Assembly (NCBI GenBank): GCA_963806225.1
Contig: CAWDXG010000004.1
Span: forward strand, 3,840,001-3,904,000
Source: an uncultured delta proteobacterium
GTDB taxonomy: Bacteria > Myxococcota_A > Polyangia > Polyangiales > Polyangiaceae
Length of the DNA stretch: 64,000 nt
Direction of reading: 5' to 3'
The notes beneath the pieces are model-generated. The model did not search any database. It had not been told where the DNA came from and worked only from the letters and a program-made list of their open reading frames with translations. A program made the position numbers and the translations under genes. Of this stretch, positions 9,992-21,346 are shown one piece after another (position 1 is the stretch's first letter; each line of letters starts with the position of its first letter).

Positions 9992-10627
9992 TTGTCCGTG
10001 TTGCCCATCGCCGCCTTCCGCTCCTCCGCACTGCGCATCTCCGGCGCACTCGTGACCGCGGCGTTTGCAATGGGTTGCGGCGGCGATCCGCCGCCGAAGG
10101 CCGCTCCGCATCACAGCGCTGCGCTGGCGAGCAGCGTCCAGCGCTACATGCCGCTGAAAGACGACGTCGTGTACGCATACCGCACAGTGGCCGAGGACAC
10201 CGGCGAGCGGGGCGTCCTGATGCTGCACGTCAAGCGGACCCAGGCGGACCTGGTCGAGCTGAACGTCGGCGGCAAGGTACAGCGGCTCGAGATCCTGAAG
10301 AACGCCATCCGGAATCTCGACGGCGGCTTTCTGCTCAAGGCGCCGCTGACACTGGGCGCCACCTGGCCCGGTACCGGCGGTCAGGTCCGCGTCACCGCCG
10401 TGGACAAGGCGATGAGGGTCCCCGCCGGGAGCTTCGTCGGCTGCGTGGAGACGATCGAGGAACGCACGCTGCCCCGCGGCTCCAAGCGCATCACGACCGA
10501 CTTCTGCCCCGATGTGGGCATCGTCCAGCTACAGGTGCAGGCGCAGGTCGGCAGCCAGTACGCCGTGGAACGCGCCGTGCTCAGGTCGTTCGGTCCCCGC
10601 ATCGACCTTGGCGGCACCGAGAACTGA
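9992..10627 (+). CDS. Putative lipoprotein, beta-rich
   Basis: Lipobox AMGC; VPAGSF..C and FCPDVGIV motifs typical of secreted beta-strand proteins. Confidence 0.65.
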   Translation: MSVLPIAAFRSSALRISGALVTAAFAMGCGGDPPPKAAPHHSAALASSVQRYMPLKDDVVYAYRTVAEDTGERGVLMLHVKRTQADLVELNVGGKVQRLEILKNAIRNLDGGFLLKAPLTLGATWPGTGGQVRVTAVDKAMRVPAGSFVGCVETIEERTLPRGSKRITTDFCPDVGIVQLQVQAQVGSQYAVERAVLRSFGPRIDLGGTEN

Positions 10628-10641
10628 CGCGAACCCTCGGC

Positions 10642-11799
10642 TCACTGCGCGGCAGCCCTGGCGCTGGAACGCTCGGAATCGGGGCGCACTTCGGCGCGCG
10701 CGACCTCGCCATATTCGATGCGGCGGTGCGCGATAGTCGGCTTGAGCCCCGGCGCGAGCGCGGACGGCGTGATCTCGCTGGACGGGAACATCTGGCAGAA
10801 CCCGGGCGCGCGGGCCACGCGGTCGACCAGCGCGCGTTCCACGGACATCGAGGTGTACTGCTCGGCGCCGAGCTCGGGCGTGTTGGCGTTGAGCACCAGA
10901 TCCAGATCCTGCCGGCGGCACAGCGCAGCCAGCCCCTTGATGCGGCTCTCGAGCGGGCTCCAGCTGTCCGCGCAGGTGCCGTTTTCGCTCGAACCCCACA
11001 CACCGTCCGGCGTGTTGAAAAACAGCGTCTGGTTGCCGGAGGTGTGACCCGGCGTGGAGACGAGCAGCACGCCGTCACCGAGCTCCAGGTCGCCACTCGT
11101 CAGCGCAACGCGCTCGGTCACGACGCCGCGCTTGCCGTCCGCGACGTACCACGCGCGCTGCATCGGATGCAGGTCGTCCCAGTCCTCCCACTCGGTGCGC
11201 TGCGCGAGCAGCTTCGCGCGCGAAAACCGGGCAGTGTACTCGCCATCGTCCGTACCGAGCAGCGGACGCAGATCCTGGGTGTGGAAGTGATCGAACGCCA
11301 CGTAGTCGATCGACTCGGGCGAGAGACCGTAGCCGGCAAGCTGCTGCTCCAGAGGGCGCGAAGGCGTAGAAAGCAACCGGAACGCGACATAGTCGCCCAC
11401 CTGCTCGATCATGCGGGCGAAGAATGGCGTCGCGCGTGCCGCAACGTCGTCGGTCGGATTGAAGAGCAGTGTCTTGAGCTCGCCGCGCTGCAGGAACTGC
11501 ACGAGCAGTGCGCGGTGCGAGAGGATCACGTACGGCGCCGGAGAATAGGCGGCGCTCCAGAAAGCGTACTTCGTCGGATACGCGAGCGTCGTCACCGGCA
11601 GCGTGCGGACGGAAACCACGCGCGGCCCGTCGGCAAAGCGCTCACGCAGTTCCTCTGCGCCGTGGCGCAGCGCACGGAGCCGCGCGCCGTGACTCCGGAT
11701 CGCCCGCGCCGCTTCAAGCTCCCGGATCCGGGTCAGCTCGCTGGTCGGCGCATAGCGCGCGCTGTCGCGATCGAGCTCGGTCGCACTCGATGTTGCCAT
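10642..11799 (-). CDS. Metallo-beta-lactamase-fold hydrolase with atypical metal motif
   Basis: IDYVAFDHFHTQD, STPGHTSGNQT, WGSSENG; probable start MATSSATE at 11799 within ORF 10642..12090. Confidence 0.75.
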   Translation of the reverse strand: MATSSATELDRDSARYAPTSELTRIRELEAARAIRSHGARLRALRHGAEELRERFADGPRVVSVRTLPVTTLAYPTKYAFWSAAYSPAPYVILSHRALLVQFLQRGELKTLLFNPTDDVAARATPFFARMIEQVGDYVAFRLLSTPSRPLEQQLAGYGLSPESIDYVAFDHFHTQDLRPLLGTDDGEYTARFSRAKLLAQRTEWEDWDDLHPMQRAWYVADGKRGVVTERVALTSGDLELGDGVLLVSTPGHTSGNQTLFFNTPDGVWGSSENGTCADSWSPLESRIKGLAALCRRQDLDLVLNANTPELGAEQYTSMSVERALVDRVARAPGFCQMFPSSEITPSALAPGLKPTIAHRRIEYGEVARAEVRPDSERSSARAAAQ

Positions 11800-11935
11800 C
11801 TTGGTTCCCTCCGCCGCGTGGTGTAGCGCCCCAGCATGAGCATGCCACGCCGCCTCTGCCACCGGATCGGCATACGCCCGCGGATGTGACAATTCATTGC
11901 GCGCGCCGGCCCAACGGCCGATGATGCAGCGCGGA

Positions 11936-13279
11936 ATGCGGCGCGTGCGGATGGCTCCTGTTCTCGTGGCGGCGGCCGGCTCGCTGCTGTGGGCGTCGCA
12001 GGCAAGCGCCGACCCTTTCTCGCTGTACGGTTTCGGTCCGCAAAGCGTCGCCAACGTCGGCGCGGTAGCCGCCCGCGCCGACGACGGCACTGCCAGCTAC
12101 TACAACCCGGGCGGGCTGGCGCTCGGCCATGGCTACCACGTCGAGCTGGGCGCCCTGTACGCGCTGTCCGGGCTCGAGGCGCAGGGCCACGTGATCGACC
12201 TGTCCGACCCGGCAGGCGTCACGATGGCCGTCGACGGCGACGTGCCACTGACCGGCCCGCTCGCGAAGGTGCTGCGCTTCGGCTACGGCGGCTACATCCT
12301 GCCCGACAAGCTGATGCACCTCGGCACGCCGGCGCGCAGCGATCCGGTCTTCCCCTACTACGAGAACCGCAGCCAGCGGCTGGTCGTGCTGCCCGCGCTC
12401 GCGGTGCGCTTGACCGACTGGCTGGGCATCGGCGCAGCAGCCAACTTCTTTGCAGGCGTCTCGGGCCCGTCACGGCTCGGCCACGGTCCCGGCAACGCGC
12501 TGGAGCAGCGCATCGATCAGCAGGCCAAGAGCACGGTCTCGGCCATCGTGGGCGTCCAGGCGCGGGCTTCCGACGGCCTCCGGCTCGGGCTCGTCTACCA
12601 CCAGCAGTTCGCTTCTCCGAACCTGACGCGCACCGAGTCGGACGTGGGCGGCGTGCCGCTCGTGGTCAACGTCGACATGAAGCAGGCGTTCTTCACGCCC
12701 GACACGTTCGTGCTCGCGGCCTCGTCCAGGCCCGCGCGGCGCATGAGCCTCGAGCTGGACGTGGCCTACGAGCGCTGGAGCGCGTACCGCGGCCCGTCGA
12801 TGACGGCGGATGCCACGCTGCCCGGTGTGAGCCTGCGCTCGCGCGAGGCGCCGCACCTGTGGCGCGACATCTGGACGCTCCGCGCCGGCACCAGCTACCG
12901 CTTCAGCGTCGGAACGAAGCACGACCTGTTCCTCCACGCGGGCGCCGGCTTCGAGCCCAGCGTGCAGAAAAGCCTGCAGCAGGGCGAGACGAACCTGCTC
13001 GACGGCGACAAGGTCCTCGTCGGACTGGGCGGCACGCTCGTGCTGCACGACGTGCTGCCGAACACGCTGCGCCTCGGGCTCGGCGTCCAGACGCAGCAGC
13101 TCGGCGGCTCTTCGCAGGACAAGCGGGTCTGCCCCGCGCGCGGGCAGTGCCGGCCGGATCAGGTCTGGGGCAAGGACCCCGACCATCCGTCAGCCAACAT
13201 CGACAACCCGGGCTATCCGACCCTGCACGGCTCGGGATCGGTGTGGGCGTTCGCTGCGTCGGTGGGGGTGGACCTGTGA
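11936..13279 (+). CDS. FadL/OmpP1-like outer-membrane hydrophobic-substrate transporter, copy 1
   Basis: Signal peptide ending ASA, DPFSLYGFG, A..DDGTASYYNPGGL, YERWSAY, WRDIWTLRAG, alternating beta-strands. Confidence 0.75.
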   Translation: MRRVRMAPVLVAAAGSLLWASQASADPFSLYGFGPQSVANVGAVAARADDGTASYYNPGGLALGHGYHVELGALYALSGLEAQGHVIDLSDPAGVTMAVDGDVPLTGPLAKVLRFGYGGYILPDKLMHLGTPARSDPVFPYYENRSQRLVVLPALAVRLTDWLGIGAAANFFAGVSGPSRLGHGPGNALEQRIDQQAKSTVSAIVGVQARASDGLRLGLVYHQQFASPNLTRTESDVGGVPLVVNVDMKQAFFTPDTFVLAASSRPARRMSLELDVAYERWSAYRGPSMTADATLPGVSLRSREAPHLWRDIWTLRAGTSYRFSVGTKHDLFLHAGAGFEPSVQKSLQQGETNLLDGDKVLVGLGGTLVLHDVLPNTLRLGLGVQTQQLGGSSQDKRVCPARGQCRPDQVWGKDPDHPSANIDNPGYPTLHGSGSVWAFAASVGVDL

Positions 13280-14628
13280 TGCGCCGCGGCCGGACCGTCG
13301 CTACCCGGGCGCTCGGCGCGGCGGCGCTGGGCGCGATCTGTCTGGCGCCGACACAGGCGCGGGCCAGCGCGCCCTCCGTGCTCGGTTTCGGCGGGCGCAA
13401 TGCAGCACTGGCTCGCGCCAACGTAGCCGATGCCGGTCCCGCGGCCGCCCCGATCGTCAACCCCGCGTTCGCGTGGCGACCCGGCACCCGGCTCTTGTTG
13501 GGATACGGCTACGGGCGTGCCGCGCTCGACATCTCGGGACGCGATGCCGGCGTGCGCGACATCTCGGGAACGGACATCGGGCTGCAGACGGGCGGTTCGC
13601 TCGGAACGTCGCAGGTGTTCCTGGGCGGAGGCCTGACGCTGCACGTGCCGGACGGCTACCAGGCGCGCATCGCGTTCCGCAGCCCGACCGAGCCGCAGTA
13701 CCCGCTGTACGACGCCTCGCCACAGCGCACGGTCGCCAACTTCGCGCTGGCGCTCCGCTACAAGGCGCTCTCGCTCGGCGTCGCAGCATCCGTCATCGCC
13801 GGCACCGGCGGCGAGGGCGCCAGGTTCCAGCTGGCCCAGGATGCCCAGGGCACCTACGTCGACTCGCGGACGGGCATCGACCTGCCGTACCAGCTCACGG
13901 CCGTCGCCGGGCTGGGGCTCGATCTGGGGCCCGCGGGGATGGCGCTTCGCGTGCAAGGCCCGCGGTCGCTGGGTCTGCACTTCGACTCGGTGGCAACAGT
14001 GGACGTGCAGGGCAGTCCGCTGAACGGCGTCACGGACGCCGAGGTGACGGGCGACTCGGGCTACGAGCCGCTCACCGTCGCGCTCGGAGCCCGCGTGGAT
14101 CCAGTGAAGTTCATGCGCGTGTTCGCCGCACTCGAATACGCGCGCTGGAGTGCCGCGCCTCCGCCCAGCGCGTCGATCCGGCTGAATCTGGATCTCGCGA
14201 TTACCCCGCAGGAGCTCGAGGCCCGCTTCGTGGCGCCGCGCTTCCGCGACACGCTGTCTCCACAGCTGGGGCTCGAGCTGCGTGCCCTGGAGCTGCCTGC
14301 GGGTGCGGTCGCCGAACGGAGCGACGGCGAGCGCCCACCTGCTCGACTCGCCATCCGGGCGGGCTGGTCGCTCAATCCCTCGCCCGTGCCGAACCAGACC
14401 GGGTTCACCAGCTACGCCGATTCGACGCGCCAGGTGTTCACACTCGGCGCTGGCTATCATTTCGGCAGACCCTGGGGCGTGGAGCTGCAAGCGAACGCGG
14501 CGCTGGGCCTGCACGTGCTGGCGCTCCGCCATTTCGACAAGCAGAGCGACGCCCTGCCCATGGCGCACTACACGGCCGACGGGCGCATCTACCATGCGGC
14601 CCTGTCGCTGGAGGGAGCTTGGCGATGA
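13279..14628 (+). CDS. FadL/OmpP1-like outer-membrane transporter, copy 2
   Basis: ATG overlaps the upstream TGA (TGATG). Signal peptide ending ARA, VLGFGGR, AAPIVNPA, YARWSA, FRDTLSP, IRAGW...PSPVP.QTG; C-terminal beta-strand. Confidence 0.75.
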   Translation: MRRGRTVATRALGAAALGAICLAPTQARASAPSVLGFGGRNAALARANVADAGPAAAPIVNPAFAWRPGTRLLLGYGYGRAALDISGRDAGVRDISGTDIGLQTGGSLGTSQVFLGGGLTLHVPDGYQARIAFRSPTEPQYPLYDASPQRTVANFALALRYKALSLGVAASVIAGTGGEGARFQLAQDAQGTYVDSRTGIDLPYQLTAVAGLGLDLGPAGMALRVQGPRSLGLHFDSVATVDVQGSPLNGVTDAEVTGDSGYEPLTVALGARVDPVKFMRVFAALEYARWSAAPPPSASIRLNLDLAITPQELEARFVAPRFRDTLSPQLGLELRALELPAGAVAERSDGERPPARLAIRAGWSLNPSPVPNQTGFTSYADSTRQVFTLGAGYHFGRPWGVELQANAALGLHVLALRHFDKQSDALPMAHYTADGRIYHAALSLEGAWR

Positions 14629-16043
14629 CGCAGAGCGTGCGCCATGTGCTTTCCGTCGTTCTCGTCGCGGTCGCCGCGGCGGCGGCGTTCGCGTCGTGCG
14701 GCCTCGCCCCGAGCAACAAGACGACGCCCGTGTTCAGCGGCGATGGTATCGCAGGGCTAGAAGCCGTGGGGCCTGTCGAATTCTGCGTCGGTGGCGCGCG
14801 CGTGGTCGCACCCTCCGTAGCTGGAGGTGCTGAAGTCGCGTTCTGCGTGAACGACAAGCGGAAACCGCAGAGCTGCAGCAGCGACATGGACTGCGAGGCC
14901 CCCGAGCACTGCTACTGCGGGCGCTGCGCCGTGCACGGCTGCGATAGCAGCGGCCGCGGCTGCTCGGAGAACGAAGTCTGCCAGGGCAACCGCTGCACGG
15001 CAGGCTGCACCGGGGACTCCGACTGCCCAGCGGGCTCGGTGTGCAACGGCGGCGGCTGCGGCCGCCCCTGCGGGAAAGACACGGACTGCCCGTACGGGGA
15101 GCTGTGCGACTCGCTCGACTCGGTGTGCCGGGTCAGCCTCTGCAACGCCTTCACGTCGTGCGGGCCGGGCCAGCGCTGCGAACCCCAGGAGCGGGTAGGC
15201 GAGATGCACGAGCCGTTCATCGTCGGTTCCGGCGACAGCGAGCGCGCCTATCTGGCCCTCCACACCGGCACGAAGAGCGCCATCTACCGCGCGCGGCTCG
15301 AGACCGCCGAGCGCTGGGTCGCCGATCCGGATCAGCCGGTGCTGGCAGCGGATGCCGCGGATCTCGATCAGGTGGGTGCGCCGGCCCTGGTCCGGAGCGG
15401 CTCGGGGCTGACGCTGTACTTCGCCGGCGCGGGGGGAGCACGCATCGAGCGCGCCACTTCCGGCAATGGGGCGGGCTTCTCGCGGGACCCGACGCCGGTG
15501 CTGGTCGCGGATCCGGGCGGGTGGGAACAGGGCCGGGTCAGCTCGCCCTCCGTCGTCTCGTTTCACGGCACGACCTACCTGCTCTACGAGGGCGGACAGG
15601 GCGCGGGCATCGGCCTCGCGCGGATAGCCGGTGGGCAGGCCCAGCGCGTCGGCAACGAGCCTCTGATCGCACCGTCAACGGTCGAGGACATATTCTGGCG
15701 CGACGTGACCGCGGTCGGAACGCCCGATGCGATCGTGGTGGACGGCGTGGTCCGCATCTATTTCACCGGTCGCGGCGCCGAAGGCGCAGACGCCGTGGAT
15801 CAGGGCAACCGCCTGCCGGCGGAAATCAACGACAGCATCGGGCTCGTCACTACGCGTGACTTCGTGAAGCTGTCCCGCTTCCCGCTGGGGCCGGTGTTCG
15901 CGCGCCGCACCAACCTGCGCGCGTACCTGGGAGAGCGCGAGCCCTTCGTCCGCGTGGACGGCGCGCGCACGCGCCTGTTCTATGTCGCCGGCGACGCGGA
16001 TGGCAGCGTCACCGGGCTGGCGTTTGCCGCCGAACCGCCGTGA
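14625..16043 (+). CDS. Lipoprotein with Cys-rich repeats and a glycoside-hydrolase-like five-bladed beta-propeller
   Basis: ATGA overlap with the upstream stop. Lipobox AFASC, C..DxDC repeats, blade motifs HEPF, GAPAL..LTLYF, SSPSV..YLLYEG, GTPDA..RIYFTG, REPF..RLFY. Confidence 0.65.
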   Translation: MTQSVRHVLSVVLVAVAAAAAFASCGLAPSNKTTPVFSGDGIAGLEAVGPVEFCVGGARVVAPSVAGGAEVAFCVNDKRKPQSCSSDMDCEAPEHCYCGRCAVHGCDSSGRGCSENEVCQGNRCTAGCTGDSDCPAGSVCNGGGCGRPCGKDTDCPYGELCDSLDSVCRVSLCNAFTSCGPGQRCEPQERVGEMHEPFIVGSGDSERAYLALHTGTKSAIYRARLETAERWVADPDQPVLAADAADLDQVGAPALVRSGSGLTLYFAGAGGARIERATSGNGAGFSRDPTPVLVADPGGWEQGRVSSPSVVSFHGTTYLLYEGGQGAGIGLARIAGGQAQRVGNEPLIAPSTVEDIFWRDVTAVGTPDAIVVDGVVRIYFTGRGAEGADAVDQGNRLPAEINDSIGLVTTRDFVKLSRFPLGPVFARRTNLRAYLGEREPFVRVDGARTRLFYVAGDADGSVTGLAFAAEPP

Positions 16044-16058
16044 GCCACGCTCTTCCGG

Positions 16059-16565
16059 TCAGATGCCGCCGTCGCCGGCCCCGAGCACCAGCGAGTAGTC
16101 GACGGTCTTGATACCGCAGTCGTCCTTCTCGGCCTCGAGCTGCTGTTCGAGGACAGGATAGCCGCTACCCTGGATGTTGATCGTCGCCGCTGCGTTGGTC
16201 CACAGATCGCACGACAGGGCCGCCACGGGCCCGCTTCCCGCGTCGGCAGTCCCGGCATCGTTCACTCCGCCATCCGTCGCGCCCGACCCCGCGCCGGCAT
16301 CGGCGTCGACCTTCGTGCAGAACACGACTTCAGGCTGATCGGGCGGTGACGCGAGATCGTACTCCTCGGTGCCACCGCCGTACGCGACCTTGACCACCGT
16401 GTCGGAAGGCAGCGGTCCGTTCTTGGCCGTGATGATGACGTGGAACGCAGCGCGCGGCCCCGGGCAGGTCGGTGAGGACGGCGGCGACGACGAGCACCCC
16501 GCACTCACGAGAGCGAGTCCCGTGCAGAGAGCCGGCAGCAGACGCAGCAAGTCGGGCAAAGCCAT
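16059..16565 (-). CDS. Putative lipoprotein
   Basis: Lipobox SAGC, DAG linkers, paired Cys. Confidence 0.6.
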   Translation of the reverse strand: MALPDLLRLLPALCTGLALVSAGCSSSPPSSPTCPGPRAAFHVIITAKNGPLPSDTVVKVAYGGGTEEYDLASPPDQPEVVFCTKVDADAGAGSGATDGGVNDAGTADAGSGPVAALSCDLWTNAAATINIQGSGYPVLEQQLEAEKDDCGIKTVDYSLVLGAGDGGI

Positions 16566-17059
16566 TTATCGGAACGCGGCCGGCCTCCGCGAGACGGGCC
16601 CAAGCCCCGCATACGTACGCCGCAGAGCGAGGGCAGGCAAGGACCAGCGGAATCTTCCGCCCCTGCCCGAAGCCGGCCCCGTGACCAGCCCACAAAAAGC
16701 GAGGAGGCAGACCCAGCGGGCTCAGGCCACGTCCGCGATAACCCCGGGTTTGCCGCGAAGCTGCAGCAACTGCTCGATGTCGCAGGCGCACGCTCATCGC
16801 ACGCGCGCCAAGTGCCTGCTTCAGCTTGTCCGGGTCGCTGTTCTACGAAGTGGTCCGGGGCTTTCGCTGATCGCTTCGCGCTACGGCACGCGGCGAAGCA
16901 GAAGCACGCCGTCCGCGACAAGAGGCGTCGGCCGTCGGTGTCGACCGCGTCGACCAGCTACCAGCGCCCGTCGATCAGCCCCTGCCAGACCTCGAGTGCC
17001 TCTTCCGCCGCTTCCGCAGGTTCCCCGGGTCGCGGCGAGCGCGACACGTATTCATCGGT

Positions 17060-17520
17060 TGAACGCAAGAGCAGCACTATCCCAGCTCCGCGTGCTGGTG
17101 TGTGAGGGCCCCGCGCTGCTGGCCTGGGTCGGCATCTTCAACCCGGGCCCCACGACCCGACGCCAGCAGCAGATGCTGCGGAAGCTGGTACCGGCGCTGC
17201 GCTGGCGCTTTTCCGCCGAGCAGCGCCTGGCCGGCGCTCCAGTCTACCTGGCAGGACTCCAGGCGCTCCTGGAACGTGTGGGTGCACCGGCGTTCGTCGT
17301 CTCCCCGAGCGGGCGCGTCGAACTGGCGAGCTCCGCCGGCCGCCGCAGGCTCGCCGAGCGTGCTCGGGAGACCACGGCTGCGCTCTCCGACGCAATTCTC
17401 CGTCCCGAGCGGTGCACGGAATTCGAGCTCTTGCCGCTCGCCGCCCACGGCGCCCCGGGCTACGTCGTCGCCATCGCCCGGACGCGCTCACGACGCGACG
17501 AGCTGGAGGCCAGACTGCGT
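17060..17520 (+). pseudogene. 3'-truncated remnant of a probable LuxR-type regulator (sensor/PAS-like part only)
   Basis: QLRVLVCEGPALLAWVG..LVPAL..LLERVGAPAFVVSPSGRVELAS reads like the N-terminal region of myxobacterial LuxR-type regulators. The frame runs into intron sequence at about 17521 with no HTH; the 5' end is unclear. Confidence 0.45.
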
Positions 17521-17835
17521 TGGACGTGCCGCTGCGCTTCGACGACAGCGTCGTGCGCACGGTGACCGGGCCGGAAGCCGTGGCTGTGCTTCGAGAAGTC
17601 CGGGTCGAGCATCGGTTGCAGGACCTGCAGCAGGGCCTGCTGGATGAAGCGGTCGAGCACGGTCGGGATGCCAAGCTTGTGCATCCCACCGCCGCTGTTC
17701 GGTATGAGCTGCTGTTTCACCGGCGAGGGCCGGTACGTCCCCGCGAGCAACTGCTCGCGGAGCACGGACCAGTGGGCTCGCAGACGGGAGCTCCAGTTGC
17801 CCGGACATCCGAGGCCGTTTGCCTTCGAGACCCAC
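17521..17835 (-). pseudogene. ltrA: Group II intron reverse transcriptase/maturase fragment, internally deleted and 3'-truncated
   Basis: GTG start at 17835 after GGAGAGGAG; frame break near 17783. LGIPT..DR..QQA and GFRPG motifs present; sequence stops before the D..KFFD and YADD motifs. Confidence 0.8.
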
Positions 17836-18209
17836 GGTCGTCTCGCCCTCCTCTCCGTTCGGTCCTTCGCCGTCGCCGGCTACTACGACCTCTGCTGACT
17901 TCTCGCGCCGCTTGCGCGTCGCCCTTTCAGGCGCAAGGCGAGAATCTCCCCAGGTGAGAACGCTGTCCTTCACCGCACGACCGCCGGACTTACGTCGTCG
18001 GGCCTTGGTCACCAGAGCTTTGCGATCATTTGCTCGCTCGCCCTGCCCGCCGCCGCCTCGGATCCGGTTCTTGTACATCGGCCCGCGGTTTCGCTCCCCG
18101 CTTCCTTCCCACGGTCGGTCGCCCTCCCGCAGTTGCGGTTCGCTTCGATCGGGATGACCTCCTCTCGGCCGGACTTCCACCGGCAAGACAGCGCCCATGC
18201 TGGGCGCAC
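17521..18209 (-). mobile_element. Truncated group II intron, class IIC: 5' ribozyme domains plus RT/maturase fragment
   Basis: Minus strand begins GTGCGCCCAGCATGGGCG at 18209, directly after a terminator U-tract. It contains GAGAAGTCAGCAGAGGTCGTAGTAG..GAAGGACCGAAC, then RT fragment YRPSPVKQQLIPNSGGGMHKLGIPTVLDRFIQQALLQVL..FSKHSHGFRPG. Confidence 0.9.
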
Positions 18210-18241
18210 AAAGAAAGGGCGACCCACGAGGGGCCGCCCTT
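18210..18241 (-). terminator. Rho-independent terminator of groES-groEL and intron target site
   Basis: Minus strand AGGGCGGCCC-CTCGT-GGGTCGCCCT followed by TTCTTT, just downstream of the groEL stop. Confidence 0.85.
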
Positions 18242-18267
18242 GTCTTCTGCTCTTTCGAGCCTGCCGA

Positions 18268-20199
<1,932 letters not shown>

Positions 20200-20315
20200 G
20201 ACTGGTTCTCCTGGTGGCTCCCCACCTGCCGGCGCGGGGGCACAAAGCGGGCCCTGCGGCCCGTGGCGGTGGTGGAGCTAGCGTTTAACCCCTTGGAATA
20301 ACGAGGAATGCCCCT

Positions 20316-20342
20316 TTAGCACTCGTCGAGCGAGAGTGCTAA
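20316..20342. promoter_or_regulatory. CIRCE element (HrcA operator)
   Basis: Perfect TTAGCACTC-N9-GAGTGCTAA upstream of groES. Confidence 0.97.
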
Positions 20343-20358
20343 CAGAGGATCGAGGCGG

Positions 20359-20386
20359 AAAATAGCCACCGACATGTAGGTGTCAA
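20359..20386 (-). promoter_or_regulatory. Putative sigma70 promoter for groES-groEL
   Basis: Minus strand TTGACA (20386-20381), 16-nt spacer, TATTTT (20364-20359), just upstream of CIRCE. Confidence 0.6.
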
Positions 20387-20704
20387 GGGGCCCGCGTTGA
20401 TTTGCGCCAAGCCGTCCAACACTCCGGAATCAAAGACTATTATTCAGCCCAACAGAGCTGCGGCTGGCAGCCGGAACGCGGGGTGGCTAGGAAAACGGCG
20501 CGGAACGGCACGGCTTTTTGGCGGCAGGCCCGCGCTGCCCGTACAACAAGGATAGGTGCAGAAGGCACGCCCCGAGTCCCGCTCCCGAAGATCGTCCCTG
20601 GCCGGTTCGCCCGGCAAGGTGGGGTGGAGAGCCGGCGGCGCGCTCCGCATCGACCTTGCCACCGGCGGACGCAGCAGCGCTGCCTTGGCAGAAAGGAGCA
20701 GCGC

Positions 20705-21346
20705 ATGAGTGCCGGTACGGATCTCCCGCATCCGGACATCGATCTGTCCGGAAATGTCACACGATTCTTCCGCGAGCTAGTCGACGACGCCCTGAAGGCA
20801 CAGGGCTCGCAAGCGACCGGCGCCGCAGAGAGCTACGTCGTCGCCTTGCTGGCCGACTACGCGAAACCCGGTCAGCTGAGCGGCGAGACACTTCGCCGCC
20901 CGCTGACGCTGCTGCTCGACGAGGCGATGCGGCGCTCCGGGCACGAACGCTTCGAGCGCCTACGCTCGCTGGGCGACGGCGTGCTGTACGTCAGCGGCTT
21001 CTTCGGAGATCACCTCGAGACCCGCGGCGTCGAGCTCGACTACGTGAGCACCCTGGGCGCTCGCGCGTACGACGGCGCGGCTGCCATGTTGCGGCACGCG
21101 TCGAGCACAGCAGCAGAGGAGCAGAGCGCGGCTCCGGATGTCTTCGCAGAACTGGCGGGGAATTTCCGGATGTTCGTCCAGCTCGTCAGCCGTATCGCGG
21201 AGCGCCTGTATGCGCAGTCGGCCTGCACGCACGGCAGCATGCTCAAGCTGTACGAGCGCTGGCTGAAGACGGGTTCGGACGCTTTGGCCGATGCGCTTGC
21301 AGCACGCGGTGTCGTGCCGGTGCGAAGCAGCGGGATGCTGCATTGA
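20705..21346 (+). CDS. Hypothetical alpha-helical protein
   Basis: AAGGAG RBS before ATG 20705; FFRELV, YVVALL, LGDGVLYVSGFF, LYERWLKTGS. Confidence 0.75.
   Translation: MSAGTDLPHPDIDLSGNVTRFFRELVDDALKAQGSQATGAAESYVVALLADYAKPGQLSGETLRRPLTLLLDEAMRRSGHERFERLRSLGDGVLYVSGFFGDHLETRGVELDYVSTLGARAYDGAAAMLRHASSTAAEEQSAAPDVFAELAGNFRMFVQLVSRIAERLYAQSACTHGSMLKLYERWLKTGSDALADALAARGVVPVRSSGMLH

Noticed and set aside
17460..17765. RT fragment as a retron, DGR or defence RT
   Set aside because: The motifs and flanking RNA are those of a group IIC intron; there is no YADD, template/variable repeat or msr-msd.
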